The notes beneath the pieces are model-generated. The model saw only the letters and a program-made list of their open reading frames with translations. It was not told the DNA's origin and did not search any database. A stretch of DNA of 64,000 nt from an uncultured Alphaproteobacteria bacterium (GTDB lineage: Bacteria; Pseudomonadota; Alphaproteobacteria; Rhizobiales; Xanthobacteraceae): positions 1,247,680 to 1,311,679 of the forward strand of contig CAWJPD010000003.1 in the NCBI GenBank assembly GCA_963844635.1. The letters are read 5' to 3'. The translations under genes were made by a program, and so were the position numbers. Below are positions 43,900 to 53,142 of the stretch, piece after piece (the first letter of the stretch is position 1; each line of letters opens with the position of its first letter).

Positions 43900-45627
43900 A
43901 TGAAAGCCGCCACGCGAATTGGAATTGGTGCTACGAGATTATCCTTCGGCGCGATAACGAGCGCGGGCCTGTTGGCTTTGCCGCTCCTGGGCGGCCACCC
44001 GGCGATGGCTCAGAACCACGGCTCGGCGGCGCTGACCGGCACCGTATCCTCCCCGGAAGAAGGAAACATGGAAGGCGTTGTCGTCAGCGCGAAGCGCCCT
44101 GGCTCAACCATCATGGTTTCGGTCAGCACCAATGCGCAAGGACAGTACAGTTTTCCTCAGGATCGGCTCGCCCCGGGCGCTTACGACATCACCATCCGTG
44201 CCGTCGGGTACATACTCAAGCCGACCGCGGCAACGGTAGACTCCGGCGGTCCCACCAAACTCGACATTCGGCTTGCGAAAGCCGCGTCGGACGATCTCGC
44301 CCTTCAACTGTCCAATAGCGAGTGGATGCTGAGCGCACCGGGCACGCCGAGGCAGAAAATTGCGTTGCTGAGATGTCTCGATTGTCACGGCCTGCAGCGC
44401 CCGATGTTTTCCAAGGACAACGCATCGGAAATGACGTTCACGGTGCAACGGATGGGGGCGCATAGTGCCAATGCGTCTCCCAATTTTCCTTTCTTCCATC
44501 AGATTGCGTCCGAGGAAATGAGCCGTCCGCCGACCAAGGGGCAGGCGGATCTGGCGGCCTACATCGCTTCGATCAATCTCAGTTCCGGCGAGACGTGGCC
44601 GTATAAACTGAAGACTCAGCCGCGGCCGACCGGCAAATCAACCCAGGCCATCGTCACGACTTATGATCTTCCTGAGTTGGCCGCGCCGCATGACACGCTG
44701 CGGGACAAAACGGGCAACGTTTGGTTCTCCGATTTCCAGCACCATGTCATCTCGAAACTGGACCCCAAGACGGGCAAGGTCACGCGCTATCCAGTCCCCT
44801 TGTCGAAGCCCGGCTTCCCGACCGGGGGCCTGATGATCACGATGGATAAGGATGGAAACGTCTGGGAAGCCATGATGGGGCAGGCGCAAATCGCCAAACT
44901 CGACCCGAAGACGGAAGAGGTCTCGATCTATCTGGCGCCCGATTGGAACAAAGAGGACACGCGGTTCACGATGATGGACGCCCTTCATTCGGACGTCGAC
45001 GGGAAATTGTGGGCCAAGACCAGCGGCGGCCCCGATCCGGGCCACGCCAACAAACTCTATCAGTTCGACCTCGCCACCAAGACATTCCACGAAGTCCTGC
45101 CGCCGGCCGGAAAGCGCGACATTGCCGCTTATGGACTGGTCACCGATCTCGACAACAATGTCTACGGCCTCGACAACAATCCGGACCAGAAACAGATCTG
45201 GCGCACGAGCGCCAAGACCGGAGAAACAACCTATATCGATCTTCCCCTGGGCGTGGGCGGCGCGAGGCGGGGGCATATCGACTCACAGAATCGCCTGTGG
45301 TTCTCGCAATTCCATGCCAATCGTTACGCGATGTTTGATCCCAAGTCCGGCAAGGTCACGCAATGGGAAGTGCCGGTTGATTATGCAGGCGCCTACGACG
45401 TTCAGTCGGACGATGCCGGATATGCTTGGGGCGCCGATATGAGCACCGACCTCGTTCAGCGGCTCAATGTGGAAACTGGCGAATGGAGCTCGTATCTGCT
45501 GCCGCTTTCCATAAATACGCGGCATATCGACGTACAGAAGAGTTCGAATCCCGGCGTCCTCTCCAGCATGTGGACCGAAGGCCAGCAGAATGGCAAGATC
45601 GTCCACATTGAGCCGCTGACGCCGTAA
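43900..45627 (+). CDS. Secreted protein: carboxypeptidase-regulatory-like domain, single CxxCH heme c motif, beta-propeller (paralog of 61063-62712)
   Basis: ATG 43900 with RBS GGAGGG and a signal peptide. ...GTVSSPEEGNMEGVVVSAKR...NAQGQYSFP... CLDCH at 44374-44388. Repeated propeller-like ...GNVWFSD.../...GNVWEA.../...RLWFSQ... blades. Confidence 0.7.
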   Translation: MKAATRIGIGATRLSFGAITSAGLLALPLLGGHPAMAQNHGSAALTGTVSSPEEGNMEGVVVSAKRPGSTIMVSVSTNAQGQYSFPQDRLAPGAYDITIRAVGYILKPTAATVDSGGPTKLDIRLAKAASDDLALQLSNSEWMLSAPGTPRQKIALLRCLDCHGLQRPMFSKDNASEMTFTVQRMGAHSANASPNFPFFHQIASEEMSRPPTKGQADLAAYIASINLSSGETWPYKLKTQPRPTGKSTQAIVTTYDLPELAAPHDTLRDKTGNVWFSDFQHHVISKLDPKTGKVTRYPVPLSKPGFPTGGLMITMDKDGNVWEAMMGQAQIAKLDPKTEEVSIYLAPDWNKEDTRFTMMDALHSDVDGKLWAKTSGGPDPGHANKLYQFDLATKTFHEVLPPAGKRDIAAYGLVTDLDNNVYGLDNNPDQKQIWRTSAKTGETTYIDLPLGVGGARRGHIDSQNRLWFSQFHANRYAMFDPKSGKVTQWEVPVDYAGAYDVQSDDAGYAWGADMSTDLVQRLNVETGEWSSYLLPLSINTRHIDVQKSSNPGVLSSMWTEGQQNGKIVHIEPLTP

Positions 45628-45651
45628 ATAGGTTTTTCGTACCTGCACATG

Positions 45652-45675
45652 GAGGGTGGGTTAGCGCCCGCCCTC
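45652..45675 (+). terminator. 9-bp hairpin GAGGGTGGG/CCCGCCCTC 25 nt after the stop
   Basis: Read directly from the sequence. No U-tract follows. Confidence 0.35.
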
Positions 45676-45863
45676 GGCCACTCGACGAGATGCTGCCACA
45701 CCGGGTCCGTATCCCACCGTCTGATGTCGCTCACGCTGTCGGCCAATTTCACAGCTCCGACAGCGTGGCCAACGCCACATCCTACGGCGCTGCGCTTCGA
45801 TACGGCCGGAATCCGCGTTAGTTGGCGCATGATCCGATCAGATGGAATCAAATCAATCGTAGG

Positions 45864-45921
45864 GTGGGCAACGCGCTGACACCACCATGCCGTTGTACAA
45901 ACAAATAGGCGCGTTGCCCAC
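45864..45921. repeat. REP-like palindrome (13-bp arms GTGGGCAACGCGC/GCGCGTTGCCCAC, 32-nt spacer)
   Basis: Read directly from the sequence. The flanking CGTAGGGTGGGCAA matches the arm of the 57962-58142 element. Confidence 0.7.
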
Positions 45922-46014
45922 GCTGTCGGAGCTATGAAAAATCGGCCGACCGCGTGGGCAAAATCGCGGTCACACCATGTCAAGTTGCGGCGCCTTGCAG
46001 GGCGATTTTGCACA

Positions 46015-46775
46015 GTGTGCCCCGAAGGGGCGTGTTGCTGGTGGAGGAAGGCTCCACCTCGATAGTAGCCGGTTTGGTCGAGTAGCTGACAGGCAGCTTG
46101 TCCGAGTAATTGGCGGGTTGAAGCCTTGTGACAAAGGTCGCCTTGGGCGGCTGAGCGAGTCAGCGGGCCGTAACGCGAGTGAAGCCCGAGCAAGCCTCGA
46201 AAGTAGCGATGTGGATGCCGACCCGCCTGTGTAACGGGGAAGGCTGCACGGAACGGGGAAGGAAACCGGACATATGCACCCGTTCCGATCGGCCGGGGTA
46301 GTGGGCACGGCACGTTGATAAGGCAATGCGACTCATCGGGGGAGACCCGAGCGCGCGGGGGTTGCCACCTCAAACGCCACCATTTGGGCGGCGGCGCGAT
46401 CGGGAGTTGGACAGGCTCGTACGACCGATGAAGCCGGGTAATGCCGGTGGAGGAAAGGGGCCTGACTTCAGGCGCGCTTCGGAGGAAGGCGAGGAGAGCA
46501 GATGGTGATTGGCGATGAGCCTTAAAACGCCGGACAACATCCGGAACCTTCAGAAGAAGCTCTATCTCAAGGCGAAGACGGAACCGGACTCCGCTTCTAC
46601 TTGCTCTACGACAAGGTCTGGTGCGACGACATTCTCCGACACGCCTATCGGCTGGCGAAAGCCAACCTCGGGGCACCGGGAGTGGACGGGGTTGCTTTCG
46701 CACAGGTCGAGGCCGCGGGGCTGGACGAGTGGTTATCCGGGATCGGGAAGCAACTGCGTGAGAGGACCTATCGGC
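46015..46775 (+). mobile_element. 5' fragment of a group II intron (ribozyme domains I-IV plus the first ~90 codons of the RT/maturase, with a 1-nt deletion about 46590), truncated at about 46775
   Basis: Begins with GTGTG (GUGYG consensus). RT N-terminus SLKTPDNIRNLQKKLYLKAKTEPD / (F)RFYLLYDKVWCDDILRHAYRLAKANLGAPGVDGVAFAQVEAAGLDEWL...RERTYR. No RT motifs 1-7, domain V or domain VI follow. Confidence 0.65.
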
Positions 46776-46945
46776 TCGAAAATGCGTATCCCCTTCGAAT
46801 AAAGAATGTGGGTCATGCCTCCCGCAAAGCATGCGCCTGGAAGCGTTCCGGTGATCAAGATACGATCGTAGCAGGACAGCACACCCGCGATATGCTCGCC
46901 ATAACGTTCCGTCAGCGCCCGCGTCACGCTGCCCTCCCAAACCAT
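46776..46945 (-). pseudogene. N-terminal stub (about 56 aa) of an unidentified conserved protein, abutting the intron fragment
   Basis: MVWEGSVTRALTERYGEHIAGVLSCYDRILITGTLPGACFAGGMTHILYSKGIRIFE looks like a real N-terminus. Similarity ends at the junction with the RT fragment. The family is not recognised with confidence. Confidence 0.3.
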
Positions 46946-47105
46946 CGGCCTCTCGCTATGATAATCCTGTTTGGTTCCGGCTCCGCCGGCTTCGGGTATG
47001 TAAAATCGCCCTGCGAGGCGATCATCCTCGGTACAGGGTCCAGGGCGATTTTGCGCACGCGGGGGTCTCTCGGACCGATCGACTCTCCCTCATCCGCTCC
47101 GCAGC

Positions 47106-48821
47106 CTACAGCAGCGCGCCGGGATTCTTCTTGTAGCGGTTCACGATCGCGTCGGCGCTCATATAGGTGAGCGCCTCGATGGTCAGCGTCGGGTTGAAGC
47201 CGCTCATTGAGGGAAAGGTCGAGCTGCCGATCACGAACAGGTTCGGGATGTCCCAAGTCTGGCCAAACTTGTTCACCACCGACGTACTCGGATCATTGCC
47301 CATTCGCGTGCCGCCTTCGTGATGGGCGCCCGGCCGGCCAGGGCTCAGCGGCCCCCGCCAAACCAGATTCCCACCCATCGCGTGGCCGAGCTCTTCCATC
47401 TTGTTCAGCATGAACTGGACGCGGGCCATTTCATTGGGACGCCGCCAGTCATAAGTGACGCGCGGCGCCGGCATGCCGTATTCGTCGCGCACATTGGGGT
47501 CGAGGTCGATGGTCTGGTCGGGGTAGGGCAAATTCTCGGTCTGCGCCACCATCGCGGCATGCCGGCTGAAATATTTCGCCAGGAAATCGCGATAGGCGGC
47601 GCCCCATCGCGGCACGCCTGGCGGCGGTGCCATGGTGCTCGCGCTGATCGGCCCGCCTTCCAGGTTGCCGGTGCCGATCGAGATCTGGGCGCCGCGGATG
47701 AAACCGAGGCCGCCATGATCGAAATTATCGGCATTGAAGTCGTCGAGCGTGTGCTTCTGCGCGCTCGGCCCCATGTAGACGTTCACGTGGCGGTCGTCAT
47801 AGCCGACGACGACGCCGGCCATGATGTGCGCCATGATGTGCTTGCCGAGCTGGCCACTGGAATTGGCGAGGCCATTCGGGAATTTCTCCGTCTTCGACAG
47901 CATCAGCAGCCGCGTGTTGTCGTAGATGAAGGTGCAAACGACCACGATTTCGGCTTCGATCGTATTGTCCGAGCCGTCCGGCCCGTAGTACGACACGCCG
48001 GTCACGCGTCCGCTGTTGTCACTGTTGATCCGGTGGCACATGGCGCCGGTCTTCAGCGTGAAGTTGCCGCTCGCGTCCGCCTCCGGCAGCTTGGTGACGA
48101 GCGTGCTCGACTTCGCTGCAACGAAGCAGCCGAATGATTGGCAGAAGGTGCAGTAAACGCAGGCGGAACGGCCTTTGTAGGGCTGCGAGATGATCGCTCG
48201 CGGTGTCGAGAACGGGTGATAACCGAGCTTCTTCGCCCCACCCTCGAACAACACGGCGGCCTGGTCCATTTGCAACGGCGGCAGCGGGTAATCGCGCTGA
48301 CGCGGCGCTTCGAACACATTGCCGCCCTCGATCTTGGCGCCGCGCAGGTTCCCCGCCTTGCCGGAGACGCCGATGTCGTATTCGGCCCGGTCGTAAAACG
48401 GCTCGAGCTCGGCGTAGCTCAGCGGCCAGTCGGCAAGCGAAGAATCGGTGGGGATGGCAGCCGCGCCATAGCGCTCGACCGTCTGCGAATGGGCGCGGAA
48501 ATCATCCTCGTGCAGGCGCCAGGAGACGGCGCCGTAATGGACAGTGCCGCCACCCGCCTGGTTGCCGTTGTTCTGCGGCGACATCGGGACAGCGCGCGTA
48601 TTTGCGTTCGGCCGCCACGTCACCGGCTGCCGCTTGGTGTCCGGGCGCAACTCCTGCCGCTGAAAATAGCGTAGCTCGTCGAGCTGAAAGTCCGCGGTCT
48701 TAAGACGCGGACCACGTTCCAGGCCGATGATCTTCATGCCGGCCTTGCCGAGCTCGGCAGCAAGGATGGCGCCGACGGCGCCCATGCCGACGATGACGAC
48801 ATCCGTTTTTTCGGTGGCCAT
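47106..48821 (-). CDS. GMC-family FAD oxidoreductase (gluconate 2-dehydrogenase flavoprotein-subunit-like)
   Basis: MATEKTDVVIVGMGAVGAILAAELGKAGMKIIGLERG (GxGxxG). C-terminal ...HHEGGTRMG.... Confidence 0.85.
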   Translation of the reverse strand: MATEKTDVVIVGMGAVGAILAAELGKAGMKIIGLERGPRLKTADFQLDELRYFQRQELRPDTKRQPVTWRPNANTRAVPMSPQNNGNQAGGGTVHYGAVSWRLHEDDFRAHSQTVERYGAAAIPTDSSLADWPLSYAELEPFYDRAEYDIGVSGKAGNLRGAKIEGGNVFEAPRQRDYPLPPLQMDQAAVLFEGGAKKLGYHPFSTPRAIISQPYKGRSACVYCTFCQSFGCFVAAKSSTLVTKLPEADASGNFTLKTGAMCHRINSDNSGRVTGVSYYGPDGSDNTIEAEIVVVCTFIYDNTRLLMLSKTEKFPNGLANSSGQLGKHIMAHIMAGVVVGYDDRHVNVYMGPSAQKHTLDDFNADNFDHGGLGFIRGAQISIGTGNLEGGPISASTMAPPPGVPRWGAAYRDFLAKYFSRHAAMVAQTENLPYPDQTIDLDPNVRDEYGMPAPRVTYDWRRPNEMARVQFMLNKMEELGHAMGGNLVWRGPLSPGRPGAHHEGGTRMGNDPSTSVVNKFGQTWDIPNLFVIGSSTFPSMSGFNPTLTIEALTYMSADAIVNRYKKNPGALL

Positions 48822-48824
48822 GGG

Positions 48825-49517
48825 TCACGCCCTCCGGTTGGTGCCGCGGGCAGCGCCGCGCGCCTGGCCCTGGAGGCCGGTGACGGGCGCCCGGTTGAAC
48901 GCCTGCTTGCTGGCAAGGTCGCTCGGCGTGTAGCCCTGCTGCGCACCGGGAAATCCAACGAGCCGCCAGCCGGCAAAGTCCTTGTTGCCGCCATAGATGG
49001 GGTCAGCGAACATCCCCTCCATCGTGTGGGTCCGCAGTGTGTTGAAAAAGGCCTGCGCCGTCGGATAGGAGAACTCGGTCGCCTTGCCGGTTTCGATGGC
49101 GCCGATCACCTCGTCCTGCTGCGCTGCCGGCAGCTTTGCAAACGGCTGGCCATGGGTCTTATGCGAATAGGCGTCGAGCGCGGCGAGGCCTCGCCGATAA
49201 AAATCCTGCTGATCCGCATAGGCGCCGGACAGCGCGAGGTCGATATAGTTGAGGACGCCGGCATCGCGCGCACCCGGCTTGCCGGGCGCTCCGGGCATCA
49301 GCCGCTCGGAGAAGGCGGTAATGGTCGCGGCCTCCTCGTCGTTGAAGAAAGCCCCATGCCATTCGCCGGCCTCGATTGCATGCGCCGCATCAGAGGTTTC
49401 AGCGGTACGGGAATGGTCGTGGCTTTTTGCGAATGCCGCGGGCGCCAGGGCCGTGCCGGCGACAGCGCCGGCTCCGCCCACCAGAAAAGCACGCCGGCCT
49501 TTGTCGTGTTCGCTCAT
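48825..49517 (-). CDS. Gluconate 2-dehydrogenase subunit 3 family protein with Tat signal
   Basis: ATG 49517 with RBS GGGAGGGAG. MSEHDKGRRAFLVGGAGAVAGTALAPAAFA is a twin-arginine signal. Confidence 0.75.
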   Translation of the reverse strand: MSEHDKGRRAFLVGGAGAVAGTALAPAAFAKSHDHSRTAETSDAAHAIEAGEWHGAFFNDEEAATITAFSERLMPGAPGKPGARDAGVLNYIDLALSGAYADQQDFYRRGLAALDAYSHKTHGQPFAKLPAAQQDEVIGAIETGKATEFSYPTAQAFFNTLRTHTMEGMFADPIYGGNKDFAGWRLVGFPGAQQGYTPSDLASKQAFNRAPVTGLQGQARGAARGTNRRA

Positions 49518-49725
49518 CGTCTCCCTCCCTCCTGTTTGCGGTCGTGCGCAGGACACGCTTTCCGTGTCCCTGGCCTGATGCCGTGCGGTCGATGCTGGGC
49601 CGACGCGCCCTCGCGCAAGCGCGCCCATATGCCGATGGGTCGTGCGCGTGCGAAGCCAGCGTGAGACTGCGCCGCCAAACCGGGCGAGGCAAGTCACGAT
49701 TAGAGTAGATGAAAAGACCCGACAG

Positions 49726-50199
49726 CTATTCGCCGATCGAGGCGCGCAACTGTGCTTTCTCTTCCGGCGTGATGTCACGACGGGGAGGTGCCGCGGTCAC
49801 TTCGGGTCTTCCGTTATGGCGCGTGAAATCGCAATAAGCGAAGGGCAGACCCGAGATGGCACCGCGGAAGCTGCGGGAGTCGATCTGATTGACGGTGAAG
49901 CACGGCTGGAACATGAGGCCGTTCACCGACGCACAGATCGAGTCGGGCTGCACCCGGATTGACCCAACCGGCAAGCTGATGAGACGCACCGGCCCCGAAC
50001 CACGAACCTGGATGGTGCCGATGACGGAGCCATCCGCGTTGATGCGGCCGGCGCCCGTGGTGCCATCGAAACAGGTGTAAGCGAAATGCTTCCCGGCAAC
50101 GAAATGCCGCGCCTCTTCGGGCCTGAGTTCACCAGCAGTAGCAGGAATCGCAGCGACTAGCCCAGCAACCGTCAACATCCAACGCGCCCACATGACCAA
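49726..50199 (-). CDS. Exported hypothetical protein
   Basis: Signal-like MVMWARWMLTVAGLVAAIPATAG. GC3-rich with no recognisable motif. Confidence 0.5.
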   Translation of the reverse strand: MVMWARWMLTVAGLVAAIPATAGELRPEEARHFVAGKHFAYTCFDGTTGAGRINADGSVIGTIQVRGSGPVRLISLPVGSIRVQPDSICASVNGLMFQPCFTVNQIDSRSFRGAISGLPFAYCDFTRHNGRPEVTAAPPRRDITPEEKAQLRASIGE

Positions 50200-50426
50200 C
50201 TCCCAGCCCGGGTCGATTCGCGTTAACCGTTTTCGTTAAGTCGAACCTTACCATGCTTACAAATAGGACCATGCCCCGATTTGGTGGATAAATCCTGAAT
50301 GCGCGGGCGCCGTCAAGTCCGCAACCGGCATTGACAATGATGTGACCGGCCGCGGGTGAAGGAATACGTCTGGAAGATATCGTTCAGGCCGAATGATACC
50401 TCCGTTCCCATCGTCGGCGTTCGCGA

Positions 50427-51413
50427 TCAGGCAATCTTCACGACCAGGCGGCCACGCACCTTCCCCTCGATGATCCTGCATCCCGCATCGATGATCTCGT
50501 CAAGCTCGATTTGGCCGATCATGGCACGGAGCTTGCCTAGGTCGAGGTCGCGGGCGAGCCGTGCCCACGCCGTCCGGCGCACCGGCAGGGGCGACATCAC
50601 CGAGTCGATGCCGATCAGGGAGACAGCACGCAGGATGAACGGCGCGACGGTTGCCGGCAAATCCATGCCTCCCGCGAGCCCACAAGCGGCGACCGCTCCA
50701 CCATATCTGACCATGGACAGTACATTGGCAAGCGTGGTCGAGCCAACCGAATCGATGCCGCCGGCGAAACGCTCCTTGGCGAGCGGGCGCACGGGCCCAG
50801 CGAGTTCGGCGCGGGGGATGACGTCCCGCGCACCCAGCGCCTTGAGGTAGGCGGCCTCGCCGATACGGCCCGTCGCTGCGATGACCTCGTAGCCGAGGCT
50901 TGCCAGCAATGCGATGGCGACAGAGCCTACCCCGCCGGCTGCACCGGTGACGAGCACCGGGCCCGCTGCCGGCGATAGCCCGCTGCGTTCGAGCGCGATG
51001 ACGGCAAGCATCGCCGTGTAGCCGGCAGTGCCGATCGCCATCGCGTCGTGGGGCGATAGGCCCGCTGGAAGCGGCACCAGCCATTCGCCTTTGACCCGCG
51101 CTTTTTCTGCATAGCAACCGAGGTGGGTTTCGCCACAGCCCCACCCGGTCAGGATCACGCGATCGCCGGCCTTCCAGGCGGGATCGGCGGAGGACTCCAC
51201 GACCGCGGCGGCATCGATGCCGGCAATCATCGGAAATCGCCTTGCGACGGGCGCCTTGCCGGTGAGGGCGAGGCCGTCCTTGTAATTCAGGCTCGACCAT
51301 TCGGGACGCAGCGTAACGTTGCCGTCCATCAACTGATCGTCGTCGAAATCCGTCAGCGCTGCCGCAGTCCCGCCGTCCGTCTTGGTCACGACGATTGCTT
51401 TGAACCTCGCCAC
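50427..51413 (-). CDS. YhdH/AcuI-type zinc-independent MDR quinone oxidoreductase (acryloyl-CoA reductase-like)
   Basis: GTG 51413 with RBS AGGAGA. (M)ARFKAIVVTKTDGG...SSLNYKDGLALTGKAPVARRFPMIAGID...VTGAAGGVGS... Confidence 0.75.
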   Translation of the reverse strand: MARFKAIVVTKTDGGTAAALTDFDDDQLMDGNVTLRPEWSSLNYKDGLALTGKAPVARRFPMIAGIDAAAVVESSADPAWKAGDRVILTGWGCGETHLGCYAEKARVKGEWLVPLPAGLSPHDAMAIGTAGYTAMLAVIALERSGLSPAAGPVLVTGAAGGVGSVAIALLASLGYEVIAATGRIGEAAYLKALGARDVIPRAELAGPVRPLAKERFAGGIDSVGSTTLANVLSMVRYGGAVAACGLAGGMDLPATVAPFILRAVSLIGIDSVMSPLPVRRTAWARLARDLDLGKLRAMIGQIELDEIIDAGCRIIEGKVRGRLVVKIA

Positions 51414-51623
51414 TGCCGCTCTCCTGTGATCGGTGCCGCCCGAGCGCCGCAGCGGGCAGGGACAGATCGGCACCCGCGCCGCGAGATCGGTACAAACTAC
51501 CGGGCAGGGCTTCGCGAGTTCAAGGTGTTCGCGATGGTGTCGGGAGTGCGGACAATCTCGCCGCGGGATCGCCGGTCGTCGCGGCCCAGGTGGGGACGGC
51601 GCGCCCAAGCCGGACCCCTGCGT

Positions 51624-52571
51624 TCAGCGCCAGTCTTCCGGAGGGCTGGCAAGCTTCGCCAAGGCTCGGCCGTTCGACATTGTCCGACGATAGCGGCGCA
51701 CGTCGCGATGGTCGCGGATGAGGCGCAGTACGTTGCGATCGATGATGCCCGCGGTGCGGAACGCGACGAGATCGCGCCACAGGGCTCGCCACAGACCCAT
51801 CCGCAGGTCGGCGACCAGCACCTTGGTGGCCAGGTAGGAGCCGAGCCTGCGATAGCGGTCGCGATATTCGGGCCGCTCACAAACATAGGCGAGAAGACCC
51901 CGGCCCGCATTTGCCCAGTCATTGGAGAGATTGTCGCTGCCCCAGTATTTTTCCCACAGCGGCTCGGGAAGGAGCTCGGCGGTGCCATGGCGGCCGAGCC
52001 GGATCAGGAATTCGCGATCTTCCGCGAGCCGCAGCCGCTCGCAAAATCCGCCGGCCGCGAGCGCGGCGCTCCGTCGCAGCGTGATGCTCGTCGTCTCCAC
52101 CGGGACGAGATCGCAGGTCATGGCCCATTCGAAAGCCTCGCGGGAAAGCCTCACCTGCGGAATGCGGGTCTCGCGCCTGCCGTCGCGATCGTGCCGAATA
52201 GATGAACTCAATGCACAAACGAGCTCGGGATCGGCGGCGAATGCAGAGAGCGGGGCGGCGAGCCGTCGCGCCAGGTAGGCATCGTCGCTGTCGAGGAACG
52301 CGACGATCTCCGCCCGCGCCGCTCTGATCCCGATGTTGCGCGCAGCGCTCGGGCCGCCATTGCGGTCGGCGCGGATGATTCGAATCCGCGGATCGGAAAG
52401 TGTCGCCAGATAGTCGCCGGTGCCGTCCTGCGACGCGTCGTCGACGATGATCACCTCGAACGAACAACCCTCTTGCGCGAGCACGCTCGCGATCGCACGC
52501 GGCAGGCACGAAACCCGATCATACGTCGCGAGCACAACAGTGATGTCGGGGATGTCAGCCGGGAAATTCAT
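51624..52571 (-). CDS. Family 2 glycosyltransferase
   Basis: ...ITVVLATYDR...VIIVDDASQDGT...NGGPSAARN...FLDSDD... Confidence 0.85.
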   Translation of the reverse strand: MNFPADIPDITVVLATYDRVSCLPRAIASVLAQEGCSFEVIIVDDASQDGTGDYLATLSDPRIRIIRADRNGGPSAARNIGIRAARAEIVAFLDSDDAYLARRLAAPLSAFAADPELVCALSSSIRHDRDGRRETRIPQVRLSREAFEWAMTCDLVPVETTSITLRRSAALAAGGFCERLRLAEDREFLIRLGRHGTAELLPEPLWEKYWGSDNLSNDWANAGRGLLAYVCERPEYRDRYRRLGSYLATKVLVADLRMGLWRALWRDLVAFRTAGIIDRNVLRLIRDHRDVRRYRRTMSNGRALAKLASPPEDWR

Positions 52572-53032
52572 TTTCCCAGCAGCTTGCGGAAATATACGAC
52601 GCGCTCCGTTTCAGAAAAGCCCCAAGCTTGGTGCGCTGCCTGCAATTCGAGATTGTCGATCTGTGTATCCGATCCGAGTTCGTGAAAGCCGCGCTCCTGC
52701 ACGAACGCTTCGACAAATCGGATCAATTGTGCGCCAACGCCGCGTCGCCGGAATCGCGGCGCGACCCAAATGCCTTCCAGGAACGGGACAGGCATGCTGT
52801 CGCAGCCATTGGCGTATTTCCTGATCGCCACCTCGGCGAAGCCCAATGCGGCCCCGTCTTCGTCTTGGGCAACAAATCCCCAGGCCTCTCCCGCTTGAAG
52901 CATGACCTCGATGGCGGCTGAATGCTGTTGCGCCGTTTCCTCAGGCCAGAGCGCCGCTCGCATCTCGCTCCACAGCGTACGGTCGCCCCCACTCATTTGT
53001 GTGACGTTCAATTGTCCGACCTTCATCTTCAT
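52568..53032 (-). CDS. GNAT acetyltransferase of the aminoglycoside 6'-N-acetyltransferase AAC(6')-I type
   Basis: ...LWPEE...GFAEVAIRKYANGCDS.PVPFLEGIWVAPRFRRRGVGAQL...ELGSDTQIDN..LQAAHQAWGFSETERVVYFRK. This closely parallels the chromosomal AAC(6')-Iz/Iy pattern (from memory). The stop overlaps the GT2 start. Confidence 0.7.
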   Translation of the reverse strand: MKMKVGQLNVTQMSGGDRTLWSEMRAALWPEETAQQHSAAIEVMLQAGEAWGFVAQDEDGAALGFAEVAIRKYANGCDSMPVPFLEGIWVAPRFRRRGVGAQLIRFVEAFVQERGFHELGSDTQIDNLELQAAHQAWGFSETERVVYFRKLLGK

Positions 53033-53142
53033 GCCGTGATTTATCTCACCTCGTGGCGAAGAGCGGTCGTGAACCTCCAAGTCCCCCTCCGCTACCAACC
53101 AGTGACGCGCAGATGCGTCATGCCTGAAAAGAGGAGTCTCAC

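Noticed and set aside
45456-46940. 494-aa minus-strand ORF spanning the REP and intron region
   Set aside because: Arg/Pro/Ser-rich low-complexity translation running antisense to the group II intron ribozyme and RT fragment, with no motif. Other long antisense ORFs were rejected for the same reason: 10287-11399, 28028-29314, 33281-34375, 36286-37410, 51123-52205, 54239-55621, 55682-56857 and 19547-20785.
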